From assembly GCF_054482525.1 (NCBI RefSeq), contig NZ_CM137006.1: a stretch of DNA of 64,000 nt; one strand, written 5' to 3'. A program made the position numbers and the translations under genes. This document shows, one piece after another, positions 1-11,481 of the stretch. The first letter of the stretch is position 1, and each line of letters starts with the position of its first letter. The notes under the pieces were generated by a model. It made no database searches, was not told the DNA's origin, and worked only from the letters and a program-made list of their open reading frames with translations.

Positions 1-729
1 GGTGGAACCGACCGCATCCGCCATATCGACAATAGCTTGTGGTGATTCTGGATGCACCAGTATGGCAGCATCCGGGTATTCTTCTTGCAAGCGGGTTAAC
101 GCCTGAGTCTTAAATTCATCATGCACAATGCAGGCACCCTGCCAGCATAAAATGTCTGCGCCCGTCTGTTTTTGCACGTAACGCCCCAGATGTTTGTCGG
201 GAGCCCAGATGATTTTTTCACCCAAACTATCCAGATGATCAATAAGTTCGACGGCAATGCTTGAAGTTACCACCCAATCTGCCCGCGCTTTTACCGCAGC
301 AGAAGTGTTGGCGTAGACGACGACAGTATGATCGGGATGGGCATCGCAAAATGCGTTAAATTCTTCAACTGGGCAGCCGAGATCCAGTGAACATTCAGCC
401 TGAAGTGTCGGCATCAGAATTGTTTTTTCCGGACTGAGAATTTTGGCGGTTTCTCCCATAAATCTCACCCCAGCGACTAACAACGTAGAAGCGGGATGCT
501 TTGCACCGAAGCGCGCCATTTCCAGAGAATCAGAAATACAGCCACCGGTTTCTTCTGCCAGTTGTTGAATTTCGGGATCGGTATAGTAATGGGCAACCAT
601 CACCGCATTACGTTCTTTTAGCAGACGTTTTATCTTCTCGCGGTAATACGCTTTTTCATCAATGCTTAACGGCGTCGGCTTCGGGGGGAAAGGATAAATC
701 GCCGTGTCTGGATCAAACATCACGCTCAT
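1..729 (-). CDS. nadA: Quinolinate synthase NadA, N-terminal part (gene continues beyond window start)
   Basis: Reverse-strand translation from ATG at 727-729 reads [49 protein letters not shown], the NadA N-terminus; rest of gene lies off-window. Confidence 0.9.
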   Translation of the reverse strand, partial: MSVMFDPDTAIYPFPPKPTPLSIDEKAYYREKIKRLLKERNAVMVAHYYTDPEIQQLAEETGGCISDSLEMARFGAKHPASTLLVAGVRFMGETAKILSPEKTILMPTLQAECSLDLGCPVEEFNAFCDAHPDHTVVVYANTSAAVKARADWVVTSSIAVELIDHLDSLGEKIIWAPDKHLGRYVQKQTGADILCWQGACIVHDEFKTQALTRLQEEYPDAAILVHPESPQAIVDMADAVGST

Positions 730-800
730 CTTACCATCTCGTTTTACAGGCTTAACGTTAAAACCGACATGAGCGTAATATTCGCTGTTATCGGTGTAAT

Positions 801-820
801 TTGTTTTATATGCTAAACAA
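801..820. promoter_or_regulatory. Palindrome TTGTTTTATATGCTAAACAA upstream of nadA, candidate NadR operator (NAD box)
   Basis: Inverted repeat TGTTTTA/TAAAACA about 75 bp upstream of the nadA start; NadR is known to repress nadA. Exact consensus recalled from memory only. Confidence 0.4.
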
Positions 821-944
821 GATAGTCGAATGGTGGGGAAAAGTCACTCGAATTACGCCTAATTCCACCGACGTAGAGTTGCTTGCAAAGTAAGCTCTGA
901 AGATGTCATCAGGTTACAAAGTGAAATTGAGGATGCCTGAATAG

Positions 945-972
945 CAAAAAAGCGCCTTTAGGGCGCTTTTTT
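945..972 (-). terminator. Rho-independent terminator-like hairpin (AGCGCC-loop-GGCGCT flanked by A6/T5), distal copy
   Basis: GC stem with flanking A and T runs; part of a 53-bp direct repeat also present at 1098-1150. Confidence 0.5.
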
Positions 973-976
973 ACAT

Positions 977-1097
977 TGGTGGGTCGTGCAGGATGACTCG
1001 CTTCGCTCGCCCTTCGGGCCGTCGCCGCGAGCGGCTCCGTTGTTTCGCTGCGCTCAACTCGAACCTGCTGCAGGTTCGAATCTTTGAGTATCGCAGA
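977..1097 (-). repeat. tRNA-Lys 3'-end fragment (18 nt) plus associated ~100 bp repeat unit, copy A
   Basis: TGGTGGGTCGTGCAGGAT matches the 3' end of the adjacent tRNA-Lys genes, then diverges into GATGACTCGCTTCGCTCGCCCTTCGGGCCG, a sequence shared with copies B and C. Confidence 0.6.
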
Positions 1098-1101
1098 TAG
1101 C

Positions 1102-1128
1102 AAAAAAGCGCCTTTAGGGCGCTTTTTT
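1102..1128 (-). terminator. Rho-independent terminator of the lysT tRNA operon (proximal copy)
   Basis: AAAAAAGCGCCTTTAGGGCGCTTTTTT hairpin immediately 3' of the last tRNA on the minus strand. Confidence 0.6.
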
Positions 1129-1132
1129 ACAT

Positions 1133-1208
1133 TGGTGGGTCGTGCAGGATTCGAACCTGCGACCAATTGATTAAAAGTCAACTGCTCTACCAACTGAGCT
1201 AACGACCC
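1133..1208 (-). tRNA. lysQ: tRNA-Lys (anticodon UUU)
   Basis: 76-nt reverse complement matches canonical E. coli tRNA-Lys (GGGTCGTTAGCTCAGTTGGTAGAGCAGTTGACTTTTAATCAATTGGTCGCAGGTTCGAATCCTGCACGACCCACCA). Confidence 0.95.
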
Positions 1209-1241
1209 CTTGCGGGATTATGCTGCTTTAATCATTCAGGA

Positions 1242-1317
1242 TGGTGGGTCGTGCAGGATTCGAACCTGCGACCAATTGATTAAAAGTCAACTGCTCTACC
1301 AACTGAGCTAACGACCC
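1242..1317 (-). tRNA. lysZ: tRNA-Lys (UUU)
   Basis: Identical 76-nt tRNA-Lys sequence on minus strand. Confidence 0.95.
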
Positions 1318-1365
1318 ATACGGGTGTTACCTGAAAGATTTCTACTCGGAACCAATCTTTAAAAT

Positions 1366-1463
1366 TGGTGGGTCGTGCAGGATGACTCGCTTCGCTCGCC
1401 CTACGGGCCGTTGCTAGCGCAACGTTATCCTTCACGCTTAACATCTGAGTTTGATGTTAAAAT
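1366..1463 (-). repeat. tRNA-Lys 3'-end fragment plus associated repeat unit, copy B
   Basis: TGGTGGGTCGTGCAGGAT followed by GACTCGCTTCGCTCGCCCTACGGGCCGTTGCTAGCGCAACGTTATCCTTCACG, near-identical to copy C. Confidence 0.6.
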
Positions 1464-1539
1464 TGGTGGGTCGTGCAGGATTCGAACCTGCGACCAATTG
1501 ATTAAAAGTCAACTGCTCTACCAACTGAGCTAACGACCC
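1464..1539 (-). tRNA. lysY: tRNA-Lys (UUU)
   Basis: Identical 76-nt tRNA-Lys sequence. Confidence 0.95.
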
Positions 1540-1542
1540 GAG

Positions 1543-1618
1543 TGGTGGGTGATGACGGGATCGAACCGCCGACCCCCTCCTTGTAAGGGAGGTGCTCTCC
1601 CAGCTGAGCTAATCACCC
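1543..1618 (-). tRNA. valZ: tRNA-Val (UAC)
   Basis: Reverse complement matches E. coli tRNA-Val GGGTGATTAGCTCAGCTGGGAGAGCACCTCCCTTACAAGGAGGGGGTCGGCGGTTCGATCCCGTCATCACCCACCA. Confidence 0.95.
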
Positions 1619-1669
1619 GATACTGCGCTGGATACTACAAACTACTTCCACCGAACCCACCGTAATTAG

Positions 1670-1745
1670 TGGTGGGTCGTGCAGGATTCGAACCTGCGAC
1701 CAATTGATTAAAAGTCAACTGCTCTACCAACTGAGCTAACGACCC
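1670..1745 (-). tRNA. lysW: tRNA-Lys (UUU)
   Basis: Identical 76-nt tRNA-Lys sequence. Confidence 0.95.
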
Positions 1746-1747
1746 GG

Positions 1748-1823
1748 TGGTGGGTGATGACGGGATCGAACCGCCGACCCCCTCCTTGTAAGGGAGGTGC
1801 TCTCCCAGCTGAGCTAATCACCC
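1748..1823 (-). tRNA. valT: tRNA-Val (UAC)
   Basis: Identical 76-nt tRNA-Val sequence. Confidence 0.95.
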
Positions 1824-1858
1824 GATACTACGCTGGATACTACAACTAACTAGGTTAG

Positions 1859-1958
1859 TGGTGGGTCGTGCAGGATGACTCGACTTCGTCTCGCCCTTCG
1901 GGCCGTTGCTGACGCAACGTTATCCTTCACGTTTTACTACCGCGTCCACCTTAGCGAT
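1859..1958 (-). repeat. tRNA-Lys 3'-end fragment plus associated repeat unit, copy C
   Basis: TGGTGGGTCGTGCAGGAT followed by GACTCGACTTCGTCTCGCCCTTCGGGCCGTTGCTGACGCAACGTTATCCTTCACG. Confidence 0.6.
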
Positions 1959-2034
1959 TGGTGGGTCGTGCAGGATTCGAACCTGCGACCAATTGATTAA
2001 AAGTCAACTGCTCTACCAACTGAGCTAACGACCC
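1959..2034 (-). tRNA. lysT: tRNA-Lys (UUU), first gene of the operon
   Basis: Identical 76-nt tRNA-Lys sequence; most promoter-proximal position on the minus strand. Confidence 0.95.
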
Positions 2035-2198
2035 ACTTTTTCGTTGCTTTCGGTTTGTTTGATATCCCGTGGCAACGGCGGCATATATTACTGATTTCAG
2101 ACTTGAGCGCAACAAAAATTTCGATGTAGATCACTCAACTGCTTATGATTCGCACGACACGACCAGAAATAATGCGACTTCTGGTCGTGTGTTATGCA

Positions 2199-2990
2199 TT
2201 ACATCGCGTTAAGACGTTTTTGTGCCTGTTTAGCGCCATCAGTACCAGGGTATTTACTGATAACCTGCTGGTATACGGCTTTCGCTTTTGCGGTGTCACC
2301 TTTGTCCTGCATGATGACACCGACTTTAAACATCGCATCTGCAGCCTTTGGCGACTTCGGATAGTTTTTTACTACCGAAGCAAAATAGTACGCCGCATCA
2401 TCTTTTTTACCCTTGTTGTAGTTTAACTGACCCAGCCAATAATTGGCGTTTGGCAGGTAAGTTGAATCAGGGTAATTTTTGATGAAATTCTGAAATGCCA
2501 CCATTGCGTCATCCTGGCGGGATTTATCCTGCACCAGCGCAATTGCTGCATTGTAATCCGTGTTTGCATCGCCGCTTTTCACCGGCGCGCCAGCATTCGC
2601 AGTACCAGCATCAGCTGTCGGCGTCGTTGATGCCGCCGCACCGCTTTGATCACCGCTGGTTGATTGCGCCGCTGCACCACCGCTGCTGAGGCTGTCGATC
2701 TGCAACAGGATCTGCTTTTGCCGCTCCACGACCTGATTCAGTTGATACTGATTTTCCTGAATCTGACCGCGCAGGGAATCAATATCGGATTGATTATCAG
2801 AGAGTTGTTGCTGGAGTTGGGTTAAAAGCTGGCTGTGAGCATTTGAAATACGCTCAAGTTGAGTGACGCGGTCTTCGACCGAGCCTGAGCCGACACTACT
2901 GATTGGTGCCTGAGCAAAAGCGGCCCAGGGGGCCGCTATACCAACCAGTAACGACAGACTCAATAGTTGATGTCTGAAGTTACTGCTCAT
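2199..2990 (-). CDS. cpoB: Cell division coordinator CpoB (YbgF), TPR protein
   Basis: 263-aa ORF MSSNFRHQLLSLSLLVGIAAPWAAFA... with signal peptide, Gln-rich coiled coil and C-terminal TPR region; synteny after pal. Confidence 0.9.
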   Translation of the reverse strand: MSSNFRHQLLSLSLLVGIAAPWAAFAQAPISSVGSGSVEDRVTQLERISNAHSQLLTQLQQQLSDNQSDIDSLRGQIQENQYQLNQVVERQKQILLQIDSLSSGGAAAQSTSGDQSGAAASTTPTADAGTANAGAPVKSGDANTDYNAAIALVQDKSRQDDAMVAFQNFIKNYPDSTYLPNANYWLGQLNYNKGKKDDAAYYFASVVKNYPKSPKAADAMFKVGVIMQDKGDTAKAKAVYQQVISKYPGTDGAKQAQKRLNAM

Positions 2991-2999
2991 GCAATTCTC

Positions 3000-3545
<546 letters not shown>

Positions 3546-3555
3546 TTAATTATTA

Positions 3556-4848
3556 TCACAGATACGGCGACCAGGCAGGGAATTTGACCTGTCCATCAGT
3601 TGCCGGAAGACGCGCTTTGAAACGCCCATCTGTAGAAACCAAATTCAGCACGGATCCCATCCCCTGAGAAGAGCTGTAGATTACCATAGTGCCGTTAGGT
3701 GCCAGACTTGGCGTTTCATCCAGGAACGTGGACGACAGAACTTGTACGCCTCCCGTTGCCAGATCTTGTTTGGCAATGTGCTGCTGCCCACCATTGGAGC
3801 TGACCATTACCATAAATTTACCGTCGCTGCTGACATCCGCATCCTGGTTCTGCGAACCTTCCCAGGTAATACGTTGTGGCGCACCGCCGTTGATATTCAC
3901 TTTATAAACCTGTGGACGACCGGCCTGGTCAGAAGTAAATGCCAGGTTCTGGCTGTCCGGGAACCAGGTCGGTTCGGTATTGTTACTGCGACCATCCGTC
4001 ACCTGGCGGATCTGACCAGAAGCCAAATCCATTACGTACAGGTTCAGACTACCGGTTTTCGACAAGGCGAATGCCAGTTTGCTGCCGTCTGGCGAGAATG
4101 CAGGTGCACCGTTGTGACGCGGGAATGAAGCCACCTGACGTACAGCGCCATTTGCCAGCGTTTGGATGACCAGCGCGGAACGACCGCTTTCGAAGGTCAC
4201 ATAAGCCAGTTTAGAACCGTCTGGTGACCACGCCGGAGACATCAGCGGCTGCGGTGAACGGTGAACGACAAACTGGTTGTAACCGTCATAGTCAGATACG
4301 CGCAGTTCATACGGGAACTGACCGCCGTTGGTCTGAACAACGTAGGCAATACGGGTACGGAACGCACCTTTAATGCCGGTCAGTTTTTCAAACACTTCAT
4401 CACTGGCGGTATGACCAGCATAACGCAGCCACTGCTTGTTCACTTTGTACGAGTTCTGAGCAAGTACAGTACCCGGTGCGCCGCCAGTGTCAACAAGTTG
4501 ATAAGCAACATTGTAAGAACCATCCGGATTCGGAGTGACCTGACCGACAACTACAGCGTCAATGCCCAGTGCGGACCATGCAGCTGGTTGTACTTCCTGC
4601 GCACTACCCGGCTGCTGTGGCAGACGAGCGCGATCTAACGGATTAAATTTACCGCTGTTACGCAAGTCAGCAGCAACGATGCCGCCAATATCTTCAGGTG
4701 CCGCACCAGGACCCGCCCACTGGAAAGGAACAACTCCAATAGGACGACCGGAATCTACACCGCTGTCGATCACAATGCGGACTTCAGCATGCAGAACTGA
4801 TGCCCACAGTATGAGAAAACCAAATGCTACTCGTAATGCCTGCTTCAT
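3556..4848 (-). CDS. tolB: Tol-Pal system periplasmic beta-propeller protein TolB
   Basis: 430-aa product [21 protein letters not shown]...; start taken as second Met of the ORF. Confidence 0.92.
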   Translation of the reverse strand: MKQALRVAFGFLILWASVLHAEVRIVIDSGVDSGRPIGVVPFQWAGPGAAPEDIGGIVAADLRNSGKFNPLDRARLPQQPGSAQEVQPAAWSALGIDAVVVGQVTPNPDGSYNVAYQLVDTGGAPGTVLAQNSYKVNKQWLRYAGHTASDEVFEKLTGIKGAFRTRIAYVVQTNGGQFPYELRVSDYDGYNQFVVHRSPQPLMSPAWSPDGSKLAYVTFESGRSALVIQTLANGAVRQVASFPRHNGAPAFSPDGSKLAFALSKTGSLNLYVMDLASGQIRQVTDGRSNNTEPTWFPDSQNLAFTSDQAGRPQVYKVNINGGAPQRITWEGSQNQDADVSSDGKFMVMVSSNGGQQHIAKQDLATGGVQVLSSTFLDETPSLAPNGTMVIYSSSQGMGSVLNLVSTDGRFKARLPATDGQVKFPAWSPYL

Positions 4849-4980
4849 CATATCTCCCTTATCTGGACCGATGGCCCACGATAATTTAGCAGAATGTTAA
4901 CAAACTAAAATACACAAAACTACCAGAACCCCGTGGCAACCGGTGCCTGATGTTGACCGTCGGAACAGTCAACATCGCGA

Positions 4981-6246
4981 TTACGGTTTGAAGTCCAATG
5001 GCGCGTTTTTGAACACTTCATATACTGCCTGGCTTGGTGGTTTCGGGATCTTCGCAAGTTTAGCTGCTGCCAACGCAGCCTGACAAAGTGCGGGATCGCC
5101 ACCTTCAGGTTTGATATCCAGTAACATACCATCGGGTGCCAGTTTTATGCGCAGCGTACAGGTTTTGCCTGCATAGGACGATGCGTCATAGAACTTACTT
5201 TCGATAGCAGATTTAATCTGCCCGGCATAGTTATTGATATCGGCCCCTGATGCGCCATTGTTTTTAGTATTACCACTCCCGGCTGGCGAAGCATTGTTCC
5301 CTTTCGCCCCTCCCCCCGTTTTCGGTGCATTCTTACCAGAGCTTAGCTCACCGAAAATATCATCTGCCTCTGCGGCAGCTTTTGCTGCAGCGGCTTTTTC
5401 AGCTGCTGCTTTTGCCGCTGCCGCTTTTTTGTCTGCGGCGGCTTTTTCTGCCGCTGCTTTCTTATCAGCTGCTGCCTTTTCAGCAGCCGCTTTTTCTGCT
5501 GCTTTTTTGTCGGCTGCAGCTTTCTCTGCTGCCGCTTTCTTATCAGCTGCAGCCTTTTCAGCAGCCGCTTTCTTCTCAGCTTCTGCTTTGGCTTTTTCAG
5601 CAGCTTCAGTTGCCGCTTTCTTTCTTGCTTCAGCTGCAGCTGCTTCTGCCGCTTCCGCTTTCTTCTTCAGTGCCGCCGCGGCTGCCTCGGCTTTTTTCTG
5701 CGCTTCGGCTGCGGCTTTGGCGGCTTCTGCTTCTGCTTTTTTCTTCGCGTCTGCAGCCGCTTTCTTCGCAGCTTCTTCCGCAGCTTTAGCATCCGCTTCG
5801 GCCTTCGCTTTAGCATCTGCCGCCGCTTTCGCTGCCGCTTCTTCCGCTTGCTTCTGCTTTAACTCGGCCTGTTTTGCGGCTTCTTCAGCCTGCTTTTTCT
5901 GTTCCTGAGCAGCTAACCGCTCTTTCTCAAGTTGCTTCAGGCGTTCCTGTTCAGCCGCTTGTTTCTCACGCAGTTCTTCAGCGGCCTGCTGTTCCTTCAT
6001 CTTGCGCTGCTCATCAGAACGCTTCGCGCTTGATTCCTGGCTTTGCATGCGTTTGTACTGCTCAACTACCGCACCTGAATCAACCATGACAGCGTCGATG
6101 GATGAACCACCGCCGCCTCCGGCTGAAGCTTCTATATTCTCATCGAACGAACTCCAGATCAGCGCCGCAAATAAGATGACATGCAGCACTGCTGAAATAA
6201 TTATCGCCCGCTTGAGCTTGTCGTTTTGTTCGGTTGCCTTTGACAC
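4981..6246 (-). CDS. tolA: Tol-Pal system protein TolA
   Basis: 421 aa, N-terminal TM segment, long Ala/Lys/Glu-rich helical domain II, C-terminal domain III. Confidence 0.92.
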   Translation of the reverse strand: MSKATEQNDKLKRAIIISAVLHVILFAALIWSSFDENIEASAGGGGGSSIDAVMVDSGAVVEQYKRMQSQESSAKRSDEQRKMKEQQAAEELREKQAAEQERLKQLEKERLAAQEQKKQAEEAAKQAELKQKQAEEAAAKAAADAKAKAEADAKAAEEAAKKAAADAKKKAEAEAAKAAAEAQKKAEAAAAALKKKAEAAEAAAAEARKKAATEAAEKAKAEAEKKAAAEKAAADKKAAAEKAAADKKAAEKAAAEKAAADKKAAAEKAAADKKAAAAKAAAEKAAAAKAAAEADDIFGELSSGKNAPKTGGGAKGNNASPAGSGNTKNNGASGADINNYAGQIKSAIESKFYDASSYAGKTCTLRIKLAPDGMLLDIKPEGGDPALCQAALAAAKLAKIPKPPSQAVYEVFKNAPLDFKP

Positions 6247-6310
6247 TCTCGGTTTCCAAAAACTGTTCGCCTGTTACCCGCTCTCTTTCAAGCAAGGGAA
6301 ACGCAGATGT

Positions 6311-6739
6311 TTAGATAGGCTGCGTCATTAAACCAACCGATTTCACACCCGCACTATGTAACAAGTTCAGTGCTTTAATTATTTCATCGTAAGGCACATC
6401 TTTTGCGCCACCGATCAGAAAGACCGTTTTCGGGTTGGCCTTGAAACGGCTGGACACTTCCGCCACCACCTGCTCTGGTGGTAAACGCTCCAGGCGATCT
6501 TTATCAACCACCACGGTGTACTGACCAATACCAGACACTTCAACAATCACTGGCGGATTATCGTTACTGCTCACCGCCTGTGATTCAGTAGCGTCTGGCA
6601 GATCGACCTCCACGCTCTGGGTGATGATGGGCGCTGTCGCCATAAAGATCAGCAACAGCACCAGCAGTACGTCCAGCAACGGTACAATGTTGATTTCGGA
6701 CTTGAGATCGCGACGACCTCGTCCACGCGCTCTGGCCAT
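6311..6739 (-). CDS. tolR: Tol-Pal system protein TolR
   Basis: 142 aa MARARGRGRRDLKSEINIVPLLDVLLVLLLIF..., ExbD/TolR family. Confidence 0.92.
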   Translation of the reverse strand: MARARGRGRRDLKSEINIVPLLDVLLVLLLIFMATAPIITQSVEVDLPDATESQAVSSNDNPPVIVEVSGIGQYTVVVDKDRLERLPPEQVVAEVSSRFKANPKTVFLIGGAKDVPYDEIIKALNLLHSAGVKSVGLMTQPI

Positions 6740-6742
6740 GGC

Positions 6743-7836
<1,094 letters not shown>

Positions 7837-7932
7837 TTTACATCCCGGTAATGCAACAAAAGTTAGAGCTTTTAAACGCTGCTACTATACGCGCGCGATT
7901 GAGGTTTGGGAATGAGGGCAAGTTAAGGGAGC

Positions 7933-7962
7933 GTAAAAATTTATGGGCCTGGAGCGGCCCAT
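7933..7962 (-). terminator. Terminator-like hairpin (ATGGGCC-loop-GGCCCAT with flanking T/A runs) after ybgE
   Basis: GC stem followed by T-run on the minus strand between ybgE and ybgC. Confidence 0.45.
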
Positions 7963-7985
7963 AATTTTTTAAAGAGAATTCTGAT

Positions 7986-8279
7986 TTAAAAGAAGAAGAA
8001 AATCAGCCCGACAATGAGAACAATATCGGCAAGCAATGGGCAAAAAATCCCTTGCCAAAGAACCTTCTGCGGACGAAAGCCCACGCCGTGAATCACACCA
8101 GCACAGACGGCCCACATCAGCAATAAACCATGCCAGATTTCCAGTTCACTGGTCTTCGCGGCGAAACGTGATGGGTCCCAAAACATACATCCTGCTAACA
8201 GAAGCGCCATCACGAAGGAAAGCGCCCGCAGGGGGCGCTTGTCCATTACCGCATACAAGGTTGCGATAATCTTACTCAT
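7986..8279 (-). CDS. ybgE: Cyd operon small membrane protein YbgE
   Basis: 97 aa hydrophobic ORF MSKIIATLYAVMDKRPLRALSFVMALLLAGCMFW...; synteny after cydX. Confidence 0.85.
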   Translation of the reverse strand: MSKIIATLYAVMDKRPLRALSFVMALLLAGCMFWDPSRFAAKTSELEIWHGLLLMWAVCAGVIHGVGFRPQKVLWQGIFCPLLADIVLIVGLIFFFF

Positions 8280-8392
8280 CAGATGTCTTCTTGACCGGCT
8301 TTGCCTGATTCGACGTGCTCAAGCGCCAGCGCGGTGATTACCCCAAACGAACAGGCAAGAAGCGTTCCCAGAATCCATGCGAAATACCACAT
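8279..8392 (-). CDS. cydX: Cytochrome bd-I accessory subunit CydX (YbgT), 37 aa
   Basis: Reverse translation from ATG at 8390-8392 gives MWYFAWILGTLLACSFGVITALALEHVESGKAGQEDI; stop TGA overlaps ybgE ATG by 1 nt. Too short for the ORF track. Confidence 0.85.
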   Translation of the reverse strand: MWYFAWILGTLLACSFGVITALALEHVESGKAGQEDI

Positions 8393-8406
8393 TTTTAGCT
8401 CCTTAC

Positions 8407-9546
8407 TTAGTACAGAGAGTGGGTGTTACGTTCAATATCTTCTTTGGTGATACGACCGAACATTTTCCAGTAACACCAGGCGGTGTAGAGCAGAATGATC
8501 GGTACCAGAACCACCGCAACCCAGGTCATGACGTTAAGCGTCAGCTGGCTGGATGTTGCATCCCACATTGTCAGACTTGCGTTCATCATGGTGCTGGACG
8601 GCATCACAAACGGGAACATTGCGATACCGGCAGTCAGGATGATGCAGGCCAGCGTCAGGGAGGAGAACACAAACGCCCACGCGGCTTTATCCATACGTGC
8701 AGTCAGGATGGTCAGCAGCGGCAGAACCACACCCAGTGCCGGAATAGCCCACAGAATTGGCGTGTTGTTGAAGTTAACCAGCCATGCGCCAGCTTCACGA
8801 ACCACTTCTTTATTCAGCGGGTTAGAGGCTGCGTAATGGTCCATTGTCGATTTCACGACATAACCATCGATACCGTACATCACCCATACGCCAGCCAGTG
8901 CGAAACAGACCAGTGTCACCAGTGCCGCCACCTGAGCCGTTGCACGGGTACGCAGGTGCAGTTCGCCCACGGTACGCATTTGCAGGTAAGTCGCGCCCTG
9001 AGTAATGATCATCCCTACGCTCACCACGCCAGCCAGCAGGCCGAACGGGTTAAGCAGCTGGAAGAAGTTACCGGTGTAGTACAGACGCAGATATTCATCA
9101 ACGTTGAACGGTACGCCCTGCAACAGGTTACCGAACGCCACACCAATCACCAGCGGCGGAACGAAGCTACCAATGAAGATGCCCCAGTCCCACATGTTAC
9201 GCCAGCGGGTTTCTTCAATCTTGGAGCGGTAGTCAAAACCGACCGGACGGAAGAACAAAGATGCCAGCACGAGGATCATCGCCACATAGAAGCCGGAGAA
9301 CGCAGCGGCATAGACCATCGGCCAGGCAGCAAAGAGTGCGCCGCCCGCGGTGATCAGCCAAACCTGGTTACCGTCCCAGTGTGGTGCAATGGAGTTAATC
9401 ATAATTCGACGCTCGGTGTCGTTACGACCGAGGAAACGGGTGAGCATGCCCACCCCCATGTCGAAACCGTCAGTGACTGCAAAACCAATCAGCAGAACGC
9501 CAACCAGCAGCCACCAGATAAAACGCAATACTTCATAATCGATCAT
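8407..9546 (-). CDS. cydB: Cytochrome bd-I ubiquinol oxidase subunit II
   Basis: 379 aa MIDYEVLRFIWWLLVGVLLIGFAVTDGFDMG... polytopic membrane protein. Confidence 0.93.
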   Translation of the reverse strand: MIDYEVLRFIWWLLVGVLLIGFAVTDGFDMGVGMLTRFLGRNDTERRIMINSIAPHWDGNQVWLITAGGALFAAWPMVYAAAFSGFYVAMILVLASLFFRPVGFDYRSKIEETRWRNMWDWGIFIGSFVPPLVIGVAFGNLLQGVPFNVDEYLRLYYTGNFFQLLNPFGLLAGVVSVGMIITQGATYLQMRTVGELHLRTRATAQVAALVTLVCFALAGVWVMYGIDGYVVKSTMDHYAASNPLNKEVVREAGAWLVNFNNTPILWAIPALGVVLPLLTILTARMDKAAWAFVFSSLTLACIILTAGIAMFPFVMPSSTMMNASLTMWDATSSQLTLNVMTWVAVVLVPIILLYTAWCYWKMFGRITKEDIERNTHSLY

Positions 9547-9561
9547 TTGACGACTCCTGTC

Positions 9562-11130
9562 TTAGCGTGCCGGCTGAGTAGTCGTGGAAGACTGCTCAAA
9601 GTGATAGCGACCGGTTTTCAGGCTGCTTGGGCCGAGGCGTGCAAACTTGAACATTAAGAACAATTCTGCCACCAGGAACAGGGTATACAGGCCGCAAATC
9701 AGCACCATTGAGAAGATGAGATCGCCTGCGGTCAGTGACGAGTTCGCCACAGCTGTCGGCAGCACTTCACCGATAGCCCACGGTTGGCGGCCATATTCAG
9801 CCACGAACCAGCCCGCTTCTACAGCAATCCACGGCAGCGGAATACCGTACAGCGCGGCGCGCAGCAGCCATTTTTTCTCGCCAATGCGGTTGCGGATGAC
9901 ACTCCAGAAAGAGAGCGCGATGATTGCCAGCAGCAGGAAGCCACACGCCACCATGATACGGAACGCGAAGTACAGCGGCGCTACACGCGGAATGGAGTCT
10001 TTGGTTGCCTGTTGAATCTGCGCTTCAGTCGCATCAGCCACGTTTGGCGTATAGCGTTTCAGCAGCAGACCGTAACCGAGGTCTTTCTTCATGCTATTGA
10101 ACTGGTCACGAACCGCCTGGTCGGTAGAACCAGAACGCAGTTGCTCGAGCAGAGAGTACGCCTTCATCCCGTTACGAATGCGTTCTTCATGCTGCACCAT
10201 CAGTTCTTTCAGGCCGATAACTGGAGTATCCACGGAACGCGTTGCAATGATGCCCAGCGCGTAAGGGATCTGGATCGCAAATTTGTTCGTCTCCTCTTCC
10301 TGATCAGGAATGCCGAACAGAGTAAAGGCAGCAGGCGCAGGTTGCGTTTCCCACTCGGCTTCAATAGCAGCCAGTTTGGTTTTCTGCACGTCGCCCATTT
10401 CGTAACCAGATTCATCACCCAGAACAATAACAGACAGAACGGCAGCCATACCGAAGCTGGCAGCGATAGCAAAGGAGCGTTTAGCGAAGGCGAAGTCACG
10501 ACCTTTCAGCATATACCATGCGCTGATACCGAGGATGAACATCGCGCCAGTCACATAACCAGACGCTACAGTGTGAACGAATTTCACCTGAGCAACCGGG
10601 TTAAGCACCAGCTCGGAGAAGCTCACCATCTCCATACGCATAGTTTCAAAGTTGAAATCGGACGCGATTGGGTTTTGCATCCAGCCGTTCGCAACCAGAA
10701 TCCACAGTGCGGACAGGTTTGAACCGAGCGCCACCAGCCAGGTGACACACATATGCTGAACTTTACCCAGACGATCCCAACCGAAGAAGAACAGACCTAC
10801 AAAGGTGGATTCGAGGAAGAAGGCCATCAGACCTTCGATTGCCAGCGGCGCACCGAAGATATCCCCTACATAGTGGGAATAGTAAGACCAGTTAGTCCCG
10901 AACTGGAACTCCATGGTCAGACCGGTTGCCACACCCAGAGCGAAGTTGATACCAAACAACTTGCCCCAGAACTTGGTCATATCTTTATAAATCTGTTTGC
11001 CGGAAAGGACGTAGACCGTTTCCATAATGGCCAGCAGGAACGCCATACCGAGCGTCAGTGGCACAAAAAGGAAGTGGTACATCGCGGTCAAGGCAAACTG
11101 TAAGCGCGACAGTTCGACTATATCTAACAT
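9562..11130 (-). CDS. cydA: Cytochrome bd-I ubiquinol oxidase subunit I
   Basis: 522 aa from [28 protein letters not shown]...; start set at the second Met of the ORF. Confidence 0.93.
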
Positions 11131-11467
11131 CATGACTCCTTGCTCATCGCATGAAGACTCCGAGAGTGAACCCCGTTAGAAAGGGTCACACGCATGCCCC
11201 AATACAAAATTATTTGCTCGCCTCTATCGTTGCCATTTCATCAAAAGAGGAAAAGACAATGATAAAAAAGTTACAAATATGTTAATGAATAAACCAAATT
11301 GATCCCGTAATTATATTACGCCGCAAAATCCTTACAATAAACAGGTTTTTATTGAGCAAATTTGCATTTTTCGACAGTGATCAATTTATAGCGAAATTGT
11401 CACGATCTCACCAATTTGATCTACGACAATTTATCGTGTTTTGCAGATTTTTTTCAAGAATTAAAAA

Positions 11468-11481
11468 TTGATTTATATCAA
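11468..11481. promoter_or_regulatory. FNR consensus box TTGAT-TTAT-ATCAA in the cydA upstream region
   Basis: Perfect match to TTGAT-N4-ATCAA about 340 bp upstream of cydA; cydAB is known to be FNR/ArcA regulated. Confidence 0.5.

Noticed and set aside
909-1193. 94-aa minus-strand ORF
   Set aside because: Spans the duplicated terminator, the tRNA-fragment repeat and part of a tRNA-Lys gene; translation of structural RNA and repeat sequence.
5234-5908. 224-aa plus-strand ORF rich in Ala/Phe/Ser
   Set aside because: Antisense shadow of the repetitive tolA domain II coding sequence; low-complexity translation of GC-rich repeats.
8377-9657. 426-aa plus-strand ORF rich in His/Arg/Cys
   Set aside because: Antisense to cydB and cydX; composition atypical for real proteins.
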